From the NCBI GenBank assembly GCA_016867375.1, contig VGJQ01000002.1:368-64367 (forward strand): a stretch of DNA of 64,000 nucleotides. The letters are read 5' to 3'. Source of the stretch: Candidatus Kaiserbacteria bacterium (GTDB lineage: Bacteria; Patescibacteriota; Minisyncoccia; Phycocordibacterales; UBA2100). Shown one piece after another: positions 39,701 through 47,305 of this stretch; within the stretch, counting starts at the first letter, position 1, and each line of letters opens with the position of its first letter. Position numbers and translations under genes: made by a program. The notes below the pieces were generated by a model that was not told where the DNA came from, did not search any database, and saw only the letters and a list, made by a program, of their open reading frames with translations.

Positions 39701-40751
39701 GAATGATGCGACGGCTGCGTACGACATCCTCCCGACCACGGTCGATGCGGTGAACAATACTTTGACCGCGACCGTGTCCCACTTCTCGGATTTCGCGCCG
39801 ATAGTCCCTGCACAATCGACGACTCCCGGCGTGACGCCCGCAAGCACCCCCGTTGGCAATGGTGCGCCGGTGGGCGGCGGAGGCGGAGGCGGAGGCGGTT
39901 CCACAGGCCCCGCGCCGCGTGCGCAGATCATCTATCCGGATGGTCGTATCGTGTACCTCGATCAGATGAACGGTTCGGAAGCGAAGGTGACCGCTGCTGC
40001 GGCGCCTGCCCAATTCACGAACGCTCCGAAGTCTCTCTCCGACATTCATATCGGCACCACTGTTTCCGGTCGCTTCGTTGCTGCGCTCAAACAAGGTTCA
40101 CGCGGCAAGGACGTTTCGCGCCTGCAAAAGCTCCTTGGCGTCGAAGAAACGGGTTACTTCGGTCTCAAGACCGTAAAAGCCGTGCAAGAATTTCAGCTCA
40201 CTTACGGTGTCGTAAAGAAAAACGGCTCTGGTTACGGGTTGCTCGGCCCCAAGACACGCGCCAAACTCGAAGAAGTATTTTCTTCGAGAGCGATATCGGC
40301 GCAAGCGAGTGCACAAGGACAAACGTCGAGCGGCAACGCTTCGGCTGTTGCAGCCGTCCCGTTCACGCGCACACTCACGGTGGGGATGACAGGCGACGAC
40401 GTGAAGCTTCTCCAGATCATCCTCAACGGCGATCCCGATACGCGGCTTGCCGCATCGGGCGACGGCAGCCCCGGTATGGAGACAAACAAGATTGGCCGCC
40501 TCACCATAAGAGCCATTGAGAAGTTCCAGATCAAACATGGGCTTGTCAAGAAAGGTGCGAGCGGTTTCGGCAATCTCGGCCCCAAGACACGCGCCAAGTT
40601 GAACGAAATCCTCACGGCGCCGGTCGTGGTGACGGAAACAGTCGTCGCGACTTCCTCGCCATCCGTCCCTTCGGTCGCTACGACGACGGCAGCGTCGGCT
40701 GGCGCAACGGTGACGGCAACGACGACCGTCGCCACCAGCACCGCGCAATAG
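33795..40751 (+). CDS. giant secreted surface protein (Big_5 Ig-like, carboxypeptidase-regulatory-like repeats, C-terminal peptidoglycan-binding domains)
   Basis: Signal peptide; DxTAP...F.E..D...D.AGN Ig motifs; TISG.V...G.Y repeats; V.HFS.FA; two L..G..G.DV..LQ...G..GPKTRAKL domains. Confidence 0.88.
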   Translation: MRNIIRFFGALGILSVFLFTGLHIASAAITSNTAADLTITGQTIKASSTPLAVIGLNVAVNAGEKLASTSIMIAGSNGFAVATDLAPLGTATSSGIALYRDTNGNGRFDAAADTVVPLASAPVFTGATTTLSLTGAGETPISNAGGNNYFLVVQTAGAAVNGHAFTVSIYPGNIQYSSATPAGSPTALTTNTITVDTTAPALNAGMTGPMNGSTGVPISTFIHMGFNENLDQTTLNSSNITLTAGGSPVGIAVRPFPDGFDVVVSNPPSYAASSRFAKASTVSTGFFGVNGTNTIFPQGTYTAPVVGDIVFTQFDTFAPDIGIVTNNTLTSGTFGVNGFALFRPAQITKFAVPNSIGAVTAATGVGIGDLIVVNTSANPTDVKYNWHVVTTADAVNGASLRLDGSGAAPTYQSGSSFSRLLPAATSTVNGSGVLNASTTFAVGDLVFAHLSAGGDNLNRYAWHLVTAVTGAGILGPQGGGGTISLDGGTPTFANNSVVAKLTTAGNGAVDTGTPDATSFSFGDIMFSKVTANAGNTGSYAFHMISNGATGATSTALRLDNSASNLLPSTAYVATASTGVKDAAGNALASPVTLSFTTGSTGGTNTTPPAVMNTQPQQGNQQFAPNGKIALTFSVTMLADGGANAVNNAAVVVLSTSVNGAPGSAVTATRSYDATTNTLTVTPSANLATNTEYVVQVTTAARTTTGVSMPGEYRLYFRTASAVDNTAPTVPGVNPAAGSTGISLSQVFTAGFSKDMDPATVSTSTVKLLTQVGGTAVAGNVSYNPMSRSANFVPSVVLNTSTGYRFQIGAGLTGPADLAGNRLAATSTSFATTTASADAVSPIVSFASADNFGIAVTFSETMKTGSGPNAADNIANYTLESPTGTSISLGGKTVVYDAGTRTARISGLSLQNGNTFKVTIATPVQDLAGNGISTAGTPAGNLSFGTVQSSSMTGGQLGPGTGTMDQSQQGMNPIRVSPMSRSAGVISQYNVTFPAATSIPLGGQIVLTFPSGFDVTNAAMVATSSNASFCNTDVNGPMSGSPYILSVSNDANAGTITLNTAGAASGANAFVCLDIAGIVNSTVPSTAGYVVDLKTRDTAGNNRAILETKSAAPFFLGVAGTRTLTVNVFNDGNANSTINANEGIGNVKVFLFSPASGGQMATTSASGVATFTSLADGDYMLGLDPGSLATASSTVTYNSAPQNFTVSATTLVKNIIVSGAGSTVTISGTITGPSGTSIDIFASSPNGFSKKTMTLTAGPDAYSIPVQTNSTYNIGVGPAMPDTAFIPGAPPPPPPTFTFMPPPSLMVTVATTSVSGKNFTLSSASKTITGSVLDSAGNAVSNAGVFARPVSNSTGAGGASGSDLGFGTGGMTNTSGAFTLNVVPGTYLVGVFKPGMPNVPDQQITVPSSGANTPSSLTFKLGVGSSLTISGTVKDDSGNAVPYSGVSGRKITSTSDTTPIGGGQGNFVGGPADANGAYTLYVTNGVWQIEAYAPGFGKLGSKTITVAGSSLSGQDFSAQTLSIGTITGSTTVASAGVQGVIVRAEGANGANMAVSDATGSYSLKVPAGTYTLTCVFPGQGDSTPTTGVAVTANNTTSGQDCALAAPITVTVRLTDGTNPITNAFVDARTSTGRGNGTGDNATSSIYGVYTLTLAPGTYTIRAGSPAFGPIGSTAGVSSTQTITYTTPKLYSVTGTVSASGVGAINTWVSLTGTPTGQTNIITTGSQTGAGGAFAISVPAGSYQIRADKPGFISSTPSTVTVTGDTAAGTLALTTASLTISGQVTLSGSGVSGAFVDATNGSGGFAVAQTDASGNYSLAVSSGTWTVTARSIGYSGATTASVVGGSASGQNIALSAISGFTVRPERQENVTPTMGGLLTNSDIGNAFKLNIPANALGTGSNAGTVKTQNNTALPNIVNGTVLAKSGVSISAVDASGQPVKNLNDSVTITVPYNESDIPSGRSESDLQLGVWNDATAAYDILPTTVDAVNNTLTATVSHFSDFAPIVPAQSTTPGVTPASTPVGNGAPVGGGGGGGGGSTGPAPRAQIIYPDGRIVYLDQMNGSEAKVTAAAAPAQFTNAPKSLSDIHIGTTVSGRFVAALKQGSRGKDVSRLQKLLGVEETGYFGLKTVKAVQEFQLTYGVVKKNGSGYGLLGPKTRAKLEEVFSSRAISAQASAQGQTSSGNASAVAAVPFTRTLTVGMTGDDVKLLQIILNGDPDTRLAASGDGSPGMETNKIGRLTIRAIEKFQIKHGLVKKGASGFGNLGPKTRAKLNEILTAPVVVTETVVATSSPSVPSVATTTAASAGATVTATTTVATSTAQ

Positions 40752-40905
40752 AGGGGTGTTGCCGCAAAAACAACCGAGTAAAGCACCTACGCAAGCCTGG
40801 CTCGCATGTATACCTACTCTCGGTCGAGCGACTCTCGGTCGTGGTGCGTTAAGCTTCCAACAGATGGTCGGTGCCCGTCTTGCCCATGGAAGCAGACACC
40901 GAATA

Positions 40906-40938
40906 GGCGGCCGCTGACTAAAAAAGTCAGCGGCCGCC
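40906..40938 (+). terminator. strong hairpin after the giant gene
   Basis: GGCGGCCGCTGACT-AAAAA-AGTCAGCGGCCGCC. Confidence 0.65.
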
Positions 40939-40947
40939 ACTCTCTTG

Positions 40948-40976
40948 TTGACTTTCACGGGCGTTTCGCATATATT
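40948..40976 (+). promoter_or_regulatory. sigma70-like promoter for the rpsN operon
   Basis: TTGACT-17 nt-TATATT. Confidence 0.55.
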
Positions 40977-41158
40977 TACTCCTGCCTCGTAGGGGCTTCG
41001 TTTTTGGCTGATCTTGGGTCTCTCTTGGCCCAGATATCGCAAGAATCAAGCCACACAGGGGAATCCCATAACCAGGTACCGAAAGGTCTGGTGCAGGGTC
41101 TCCGAAACTCCTCTAGGCAACCCCTCGACATGGCTCGGGGTACAATTCTTCGCATTTT

Positions 41159-41344
41159 ATGGCTAAAACATCAATGAAAGTGAAGGCACTTCGCACCCCG
41201 AAATTCAAGTCGCGGGTCGTTCGTCGCTGCTTCAAGTGTGGCCGCCCGCGTGGTTTTATGCGTGATTTCAATCTCTGCCGCATTTGCTTCCGCGAAGAAT
41301 CTCTCGAGGGCAATATCCCTGGCATTAAGAAATCGAGCTGGTAG
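41159..41344 (+). CDS. rpsN: 30S ribosomal protein S14 (zinc type)
   Basis: RC..CGRPR...LCRICFRE...IPG.KKSSW. Confidence 0.96.
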   Translation: MAKTSMKVKALRTPKFKSRVVRRCFKCGRPRGFMRDFNLCRICFREESLEGNIPGIKKSSW

Positions 41345-41371
41345 TCCAAAATATCTCACTATAAAAATCCT

Positions 41372-41767
41372 ATGGTTACAGATCCTGTCGCAGACTTCAT
41401 AAATCGTCTCACCAACGCTGGCGCGGTGGGCCACAAGACCGTTTCGCTCCCGTTTTCACTCTTTAAGGCTGCAATCGCCGAGAAGCTCAAAGAAGCTGGC
41501 TATGTCGCCGCGATCGAGAAAAAGGGCAAGAAAGTCCGCAAGACTCTCGATATTACCCTCAAATACGACGAGGCAGGCAAGCCGGTGATCCATGGCGTCA
41601 AGCGCATTTCCAAGCCAGGCCGTCGCCTGTATCGAAGCGTCAATGAAATCATTCCCGTCCGCTACGGACACGGCGCACTCGTGCTCTCTACTCCCAAAGG
41701 CATCATGACGGACAAAGAGGCCCGTAAGGCTAATGTCGGCGGCGAGGCCCTGTTTGAAATCTGGTAA
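41372..41767 (+). CDS. rpsH: 30S ribosomal protein S8
   Basis: DPVAD, RISKPGRR.Y, STPKG, GGE. Confidence 0.96.
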   Translation: MVTDPVADFINRLTNAGAVGHKTVSLPFSLFKAAIAEKLKEAGYVAAIEKKGKKVRKTLDITLKYDEAGKPVIHGVKRISKPGRRLYRSVNEIIPVRYGHGALVLSTPKGIMTDKEARKANVGGEALFEIW

Positions 41768-41822
41768 GGTTTGTCCCACGAAATGAGCGCATTCCGTGCG
41801 TTCATTTCGTGGCTGACAAACC
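41768..41822. repeat. long hairpin bounded by TAA (rpsH stop) and TTA
   Basis: GGTTTGTC-CCACGAAATGAGCGCA...TGCGTTCATTTCGTGG-CT-GACAAACC. Confidence 0.75.
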
Positions 41823-41825
41823 TTA

Positions 41826-41925
41826 CCCAGCACCTTTTCAAGTACGAATCAATGGTAACTTGGCAGGGTCTCGGGAAAAAGGTATGTTTAGTCACCACAG
41901 TACCAATAGCGTGAAAGGTGCTGGG
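41826..41925. mobile_element. CCAGCACC-ended MITE-like element
   Basis: CCCAGCACCTTTTCA / TGAAAGGTGCTGGG. Confidence 0.6.
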
Positions 41926-41969
41926 TGTAAGAGCTTCTAAGCTCGTTACACTCGCTAATAATCTCTAAC

Positions 41970-42506
41970 ATGAGTCGACTTGGCAAAAAATCAATCCATA
42001 TTCCGTCGGGGACTGAGGTCGCCGTCTCGGGGCACGAAATCACCGTCAAGGGCAAAAACGGTACCCTCAAGAAGTCGATCCATCCGGCGGTCTCTATCAT
42101 GGTCGCAGATGGCGCTGTCTCGGTCTCTCCGGCGACCTCGAGCCGCCTTTCCAAGGCCCTCTGGGGTACGTATGCGGCCCACGTAGGCAATATGCTCAAA
42201 GGTGCCTCTACCGCCTTTTCAAAGAAGCTCGAAGTGCAGGGCATCGGTTACAAGGTCGAGCTCTCCGGTAAGACGCTCAACCTCTCGGTCGGATTTTCGC
42301 ATCCGGTCAAGGTCGAGATACCTGAAGGCATCTCGGTGACAGTCGAGAAGAATACGATCACGATTTCAGGAGCTGATAAGGATGCGGTCGGACAGTTTGC
42401 CGCCAATGTCCGCGCTATTAAGAAGCCAGAACCATACAAGGGCAAGGGCATCCGGTATGAAGGCGAGGTCGTACGCATGAAGGAAGGTAAGAAAGCGGGA
42501 GCATAA
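41970..42506 (+). CDS. rplF: 50S ribosomal protein L6
   Basis: [17 protein letters not shown]. Confidence 0.96.
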   Translation: MSRLGKKSIHIPSGTEVAVSGHEITVKGKNGTLKKSIHPAVSIMVADGAVSVSPATSSRLSKALWGTYAAHVGNMLKGASTAFSKKLEVQGIGYKVELSGKTLNLSVGFSHPVKVEIPEGISVTVEKNTITISGADKDAVGQFAANVRAIKKPEPYKGKGIRYEGEVVRMKEGKKAGA

Positions 42507-42517
42507 TCCACATTTTT

Positions 42518-42862
42518 ATGGCACTTACAAAAACACAACAGAGACAGCGTCGTCACAATCGCGTCCGCGCGAAGGTCGTCGGCACCGCAGATCGCCCGCG
42601 CTTGTCGGTCTTCAAGTCCAATACACGCCTCGTCGCGCAGATCATCGACGATACCAAGATGGTGACGATCGCCGCTATCTCTTCAGACAAGGAGAAGGGC
42701 AAGACCCCGCGCGAGCGCGCGGAAGCATCGGCAGTGACGCTCGCAAAGGCAGCACGGGGGAAGGGTATCAAGGCAGTGGTGTTTGATCGCGGCGGATTCC
42801 AGTACAAGGGTACTATCCAGGTATTTGCCGATGCGGTCCGCGCTGCGGGATTAGATTTCTAA
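42518..42862 (+). CDS. rplR: 50S ribosomal protein L18
   Basis: [20 protein letters not shown]. Confidence 0.96.
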   Translation: MALTKTQQRQRRHNRVRAKVVGTADRPRLSVFKSNTRLVAQIIDDTKMVTIAAISSDKEKGKTPRERAEASAVTLAKAARGKGIKAVVFDRGGFQYKGTIQVFADAVRAAGLDF

Positions 42863-42874
42863 TATATTCATAGT

Positions 42875-43447
42875 ATGGCAACCGAACACACAACGGAAAA
42901 GGAGGAAGCAAAGGTCGTCGAGAATGGTCGCGCTGATCATCGCGGTCCGCGCGGTCGCGGTGGAGATCGAGGGGGTCGTGGCGGCAGGGGTCCGCGCGAT
43001 GATCGCGCTCCCCGCAGCGAGTATTCGCAAAAGCTCATCGGCATCCGTCGTGTCGCACGCGTCATGGCAGGCGGTCGCCGCTTCAATTTCAGCGTATGCA
43101 TAGTGATCGGCGACAAGAAAGGCTCAGTCGGTGTCGGCTTGGGTAAAGCGGCAGACACAGCGCTTGCGATCGAGAAGGCTACCCGCGATGCCAAGACCAA
43201 TATGATCAAGATCTCCCTCACCAAAAATCGCTCAATCAAGCACGACGTATCATCCAAATATTGCGCATCGGTCGTCGGTATCCGCCCCAGCCCTGGCCGT
43301 GGTCTCGTCGCGGGCTCGTCCGTCCGTACCGTGCTCGAGCTCGCCGGCGTATCCGATGTCACCGCCAAGCTCCTCTCTCGCAGCAAGAATCCGATTAACA
43401 ACGCGCGTGCAGCTGTCGATGCGCTGCGCCAGGTAATAGAAAAATAA
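42875..43447 (+). CDS. rpsE: 30S ribosomal protein S5
   Basis: RVARVMAGGRRF, G.VGVG.GK, VLELAGV. Confidence 0.96.
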   Translation: MATEHTTEKEEAKVVENGRADHRGPRGRGGDRGGRGGRGPRDDRAPRSEYSQKLIGIRRVARVMAGGRRFNFSVCIVIGDKKGSVGVGLGKAADTALAIEKATRDAKTNMIKISLTKNRSIKHDVSSKYCASVVGIRPSPGRGLVAGSSVRTVLELAGVSDVTAKLLSRSKNPINNARAAVDALRQVIEK

Positions 43448-43473
43448 CGAGCACAGCAAGTATATTTTTCATT

Positions 43474-43578
43474 ATCCAGCACCACTTTTGACTTTCAGTT
43501 GAAAATATGAAAAACTATCTTCTCATGTTACAGACAGGTATCACCATATCGCACTCGCACTCAAAAGTGGTGCTGGAT
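43474..43578. mobile_element. CCAGCACC-ended MITE-like element
   Basis: Perfect 18-bp TIR ATCCAGCACCACTTTTGA / TCAAAAGTGGTGCTGGAT. Confidence 0.7.
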
Positions 43579-43617
43579 GGTGATTTTTATTGTCGCTTCG
43601 CTCTGTAAAAATCTACC

Positions 43618-44067
43618 ATGGCAAACCTTAATTCTCTCAAACGGGTAGGCGCGACGAAGAAGATGCGTGTCGGACGCGGTGGCAAGCGCGGCAAGACTTC
43701 TGGTCGCGGTACCAAGGGTCAGAGCGCGCGTGCAGGCAACAAAAAGCGCCCGGAATTGCGCGATATCATCAAGCGTCTCCCAAAGCGCCGCGGATATGGC
43801 AAGAATCGCGCCAAGGGTGTGATCGGCTCATACATAAAGCCGCTCGCGATTCCAGTCGGTCGCCTCGAAAATCTCTTCGACACAGGTGCGGAGGTAAATC
43901 CGCAGACGCTCGCGATGCGCGGCATCGTCAAAGGCAAGGGGAGCCGCGTCCCGCAGATCAAGATCGTCGCAGGCGGCGATTTCTCCAAGAAATTGTCATT
44001 TAGCAAGGTCGGTGTCTCCGCTGCTGCCAAGACGGTGATTGAAAAGGCAGGGGGCAGTGTAGTATAA
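43618..44067 (+). CDS. rplO: 50S ribosomal protein L15
   Basis: RVGRGGKRGKTSGRGTKGQ.AR, LPKRRG, IEKAGG. Confidence 0.96.
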   Translation: MANLNSLKRVGATKKMRVGRGGKRGKTSGRGTKGQSARAGNKKRPELRDIIKRLPKRRGYGKNRAKGVIGSYIKPLAIPVGRLENLFDTGAEVNPQTLAMRGIVKGKGSRVPQIKIVAGGDFSKKLSFSKVGVSAAAKTVIEKAGGSVV

Positions 44068-44072
44068 ATATG

Positions 44073-44157
44073 CAGTTTACAGTTTACAGTTTACAGTTTA
44101 CAGAAACTCGCGGTCGAGCCGGTTTCCACTGTCCTCTGTCCACTGTCTACTGTTAAC
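44073..44157. repeat. facing heptamer tandem repeats
   Basis: (CAGTTTA)x4 followed by CACTGTC-CTCTGTC-CACTGTC-TACTGTT. Confidence 0.8.
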
Positions 44158-44162
44158 TTCTT

Positions 44163-45437
44163 ATGTTCGAGACTTTCATTCGCAAACTCAAGCTTGTCTT
44201 TGAAGACAAGACGATCCGGACGCGTATCCTCTTCGTGCTCGGGGCGCTTATTGTATTTCGCTTGCTCGCCGCGATCCCTGTGCCGGGTATCAATGCCGCC
44301 GAACTCCAGGCATTTCTCACCAACAATCAATTCCTCGGACTTCTCAACGTCTTCTCGGGAGGCGGTTTTTCCAATCTTTCGATCGTCATGCTCGGCGTCG
44401 GTCCATATATCACTGCGTCTATCGTGATGCAGCTTTTGACCGTGCTCGTACCCAAGCTCAAGGAGATGTATCAGGAAGAGGGGGATGCTGGCCGAGCTCG
44501 TTTTATGCAGTATTCTCGCTACCTCACGCTTCCGCTCGCGCTCATCCAGGGTTTTGGTTTCATCTTGCTTCTTCAGCAGAATGGCATTTTGCCGGAACTC
44601 ACGATCCTCGGCTTTGTCACCAATATGATGGTCACTGCTGCCGGCTCGATCCTTCTTATGTGGATCGGAGAGCTCATCTCAGAATACGGCGTCGGCAATG
44701 GTGTATCGCTCATCATCTTTGCCGGCATCGTCGCTGCGATCCCGACGAGCGCCGCGCAGTTCTTCTACTCGTTTGACCCTGCACAGCTTCCCGCATACGT
44801 CGGATTCTTCGCGGTCGGTATCGCCATCATGGCGGGTGTCGTCTTCATCACCGAGGCCGAGCGCCCGATCCCTGTCACGTATGCGCGCCGCGTGCGCGGT
44901 ATGAAGGTCATGGGCGGCGTATCCACGTATCTCCCGCTTCGCGTGAATCAGGCGGGAGTCATGCCCATCATCTTTGCGCTCTCTATCCTGCTTTTCCCTC
45001 AGATGATCGCGACCTTCCTCTCCAAGAGCTCGATCCTCTGGCTTGCCGAAGCTGCGCGCGCCGTCGTCGTCGCACTCAACAATCAGTGGCTCTATGGCGC
45101 GCTCTATTTCGTCCTCGTATTTATCTTCACGTATTTCTACACAGCGATCACCTTTGAGCCGCATCAGCTTGCGAAGAATCTGCAGAAGAACGGCGCTTTC
45201 ATCCCCGGCGTGCGCCCAGGCCAGAATACTTCAGAATATCTCGCCAACATCATCACGCGCATCACGCTCGTCGGCGCCCTCTTCCTCGGGTTTCTCGCCG
45301 TCTTGCCGATCATCCTTCAGGGCATTACGGGTATCACTGCGATCACAATCGGCGGCACCGCACTCCTCATCGTCGTCTCCGTAGTCCTCGACCTCGTCAA
45401 AAAGGTCGACGCGCAGACCTCGATTCGGGAGTATTGA
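44163..45437 (+). CDS. secY: preprotein translocase subunit SecY
   Basis: LGVGPYITASI, GVGNGVSLIIF, AGVMPIIFA, IPGVRPG, GGTALLIVV. Confidence 0.97.
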   Translation: MFETFIRKLKLVFEDKTIRTRILFVLGALIVFRLLAAIPVPGINAAELQAFLTNNQFLGLLNVFSGGGFSNLSIVMLGVGPYITASIVMQLLTVLVPKLKEMYQEEGDAGRARFMQYSRYLTLPLALIQGFGFILLLQQNGILPELTILGFVTNMMVTAAGSILLMWIGELISEYGVGNGVSLIIFAGIVAAIPTSAAQFFYSFDPAQLPAYVGFFAVGIAIMAGVVFITEAERPIPVTYARRVRGMKVMGGVSTYLPLRVNQAGVMPIIFALSILLFPQMIATFLSKSSILWLAEAARAVVVALNNQWLYGALYFVLVFIFTYFYTAITFEPHQLAKNLQKNGAFIPGVRPGQNTSEYLANIITRITLVGALFLGFLAVLPIILQGITGITAITIGGTALLIVVSVVLDLVKKVDAQTSIREY

Positions 45438-45506
45438 CAAGAATACATAGTATGTGATATACTTTATTTTAGAGTACAAACTGCAGTACTCGGATTGGAG
45501 GGTGCG

Positions 45507-45905
45507 ATGGCTACTCGTGAGAAGGTACTTGAATTCCTATCAGCTATTCAGGCTGAGCAAAATGCGCTGAAGATCATCCGATCGATCTCGGACCAAAACG
45601 TCGAGTTGTCTGACTTGGACGAGAAAGGTCTCGAGGTGGTTGGGCGGGCTTATACGGCGGCTATTGAGAAAATGTTGCCGAATCTTCTGGATATCACCGC
45701 TGGCGTATACGCGAAGCATTATACCGACGACGAGATCAGCCAACTCACGACCTTCTATACCTCGCCTCTTGCGCAAAGACAAACCTCTCTAGCGAAAGAG
45801 ATCAACGAGGCCGTCGGCGAATATCTTGAGGGGGCAAAGGAAGATATTGTGAAGATTATTAAAGGAGCCATCGACGACGTCGATGGCATAAAGAAGTCCG
45901 ACTGA
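45507..45905 (+). CDS. DUF2059-like protein
   Basis: Y.KHYT.DEI.QL..FY.SPL motif; GGAGG RBS. Confidence 0.7.
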   Translation: MATREKVLEFLSAIQAEQNALKIIRSISDQNVELSDLDEKGLEVVGRAYTAAIEKMLPNLLDITAGVYAKHYTDDEISQLTTFYTSPLAQRQTSLAKEINEAVGEYLEGAKEDIVKIIKGAIDDVDGIKKSD

Positions 45906-46041
45906 TGTTGTCCCGCGCCACCGTGTATACGGCCGGCGCGGGATTCTTTTTATTTTTTTTGGTATAGTGTCGCAGGTCGGGCTTATGACACTAGCGAGGA
46001 ATTCATTTTGTATATGGGTAGATTCGGGGTATACTACAAAT

Positions 46042-46326
46042 ATGAAAAAGCGCGCCAAGAAGATCAAGACGGAGGTACAGACCGATTACGGATTGTTCGC
46101 GGTTGTGCTTGAGAGCGAACCCGATATGGGTGGGTACATGATAACGGTGCCGAAAGTACCACCTGTAATTACGTGTGGAAGAAACATAACACATGCCAAA
46201 GAAATGGCTCGCGAGGCGATCGAATTAACGCTTGAGACGCAAACACTCCATGCTGCAGAGCAGGCAGGTCGGATCAAGTTCACAAAGAAAGCGTCATTGC
46301 CGGCTCATGGTGTTGCTTTTGCATGA
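46042..46326 (+). CDS. hicB: HicB-family antitoxin
   Basis: GGY..VP.VP.V.T.G.....A..MAREAI. Confidence 0.85.
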   Translation: MKKRAKKIKTEVQTDYGLFAVVLESEPDMGGYMITVPKVPPVITCGRNITHAKEMAREAIELTLETQTLHAAEQAGRIKFTKKASLPAHGVAFA

Positions 46327-46544
46327 GCACATTGCCGATACTTTCGGCGCGAGAAACGATGCGCCGACTCATACGGCTCGGATTTCGCGTTGAAGGATAT
46401 CGGGGAAGTCATGCGATATTGGTGCACGATCGAACAGGACGGGAAACCACCGTACCGATGCATCCAGGCGACCTTGGCCGGAAGTTGCTCTCCGGCATCA
46501 TCAAACAATCCGGCGTGAATCTTCAGGATTTTCTGAGTGCGTAA
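46323..46544 (+). CDS. hicA: HicA-family toxin
   Basis: GF....GSH...VP.H..DL...LL.GI.KQ.G. Confidence 0.88.
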   Translation: MSTLPILSARETMRRLIRLGFRVEGYRGSHAILVHDRTGRETTVPMHPGDLGRKLLSGIIKQSGVNLQDFLSA

Positions 46545-46564
46545 GATAGAGAGTGGTCGATATA

Positions 46565-46650
46565 ATCACGATTGGCGGCACGGCGCTTCCCATCGCATCT
46601 GCGTAGTCCTCGACCTCGTCAAAAAGATCGACGCGCAGACGAGTATAAGG
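46565..46650 (+). pseudogene. diverged duplicate of the secY 3' end
   Basis: Aligns to 45342-45428 with mostly synonymous differences and one frameshift. Confidence 0.85.
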
Positions 46651-46670
46651 GTTCATTTTGAATACAGTAA

Positions 46671-46913
46671 ATGATGAGGTATAATGTAAATGTGAATATT
46701 ATAACCATTCCACAAAGAATCATATCGAACGACGATCTCGTTATCATCCCTCGCAAGGAGTACGAGGCGCTCAAGGCGCGGCCGGTTGTCGCTGAGTTTG
46801 CGCCATCATCGGCGCAGGTGCGCACACTCTCCCGTGCACGCAAGCATTTCAAAGAGGGCAAAACCATTTCCTATGATGAAATCGTCAAGCGAGTGGCGGC
46901 TCGCGGTCGATAA
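46671..46913 (+). CDS. putative antitoxin
   Basis: DLVIIPRKEYE.L pattern; overlaps the RelE start. Confidence 0.7.
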   Translation: MMRYNVNVNIITIPQRIISNDDLVIIPRKEYEALKARPVVAEFAPSSAQVRTLSRARKHFKEGKTISYDEIVKRVAARGR

Positions 46914-47231
46914 CAGTGTCGACAAAATGCTCGGTCGCATCCCGCATAAGGGCTCGTCCACACATAATGTACCCATTATTTGTGGACTACACTTATGGGC
47001 CCGTTCATTTGGTGTTGAACTTCGGGACCTAAGGATGCGGAAGCCCTGTTGGATGTCGTTGCGTCCCTCGTCATCAATCCATTCTTGGGTGATATTCAGA
47101 AGATGAAAGGCAAAGACAACGTTTGGCGCAGACGTATCGGCGCATATCGTATATTCTTCGAGATTTACCCATTGGTACGAATTGTGCATGTGTATCACAT
47201 CGAACGCCGCACATCGTCGACATATCGATAG
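46873..47231 (+). pseudogene. RelE/ParE toxin frameshifted by MITE insertion
   Basis: Removing 83 bp restores a 91-aa ORF ...LGRIPHKDAEALLDVV..NPF.GDIQKMKG..WRRRIGAYRIFFEI. Confidence 0.88.
46950..47029 (+). mobile_element. MITE family 1
   Basis: TAA duplication at 46947-49 and 47030-32. Confidence 0.92.
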
Positions 47232-47305
47232 TATTCGGGAGTATTGACGTGCAGGCAATACCCAATTACTATCTGCCTCAGACGTAATCAGGAAAGGGTA
47301 AGGAT

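Noticed and set aside
33837-41042. Long minus-strand ORFs (e.g. 37518-38969, 34694-35767, 40098-41042)
   Set aside because: Antisense shadows of the GC-rich giant gene with no recognisable motifs.
43448-43617. Missing rpmD (L30) as a novelty
   Set aside because: Loss of L30 is an established general feature of CPR bacteria.
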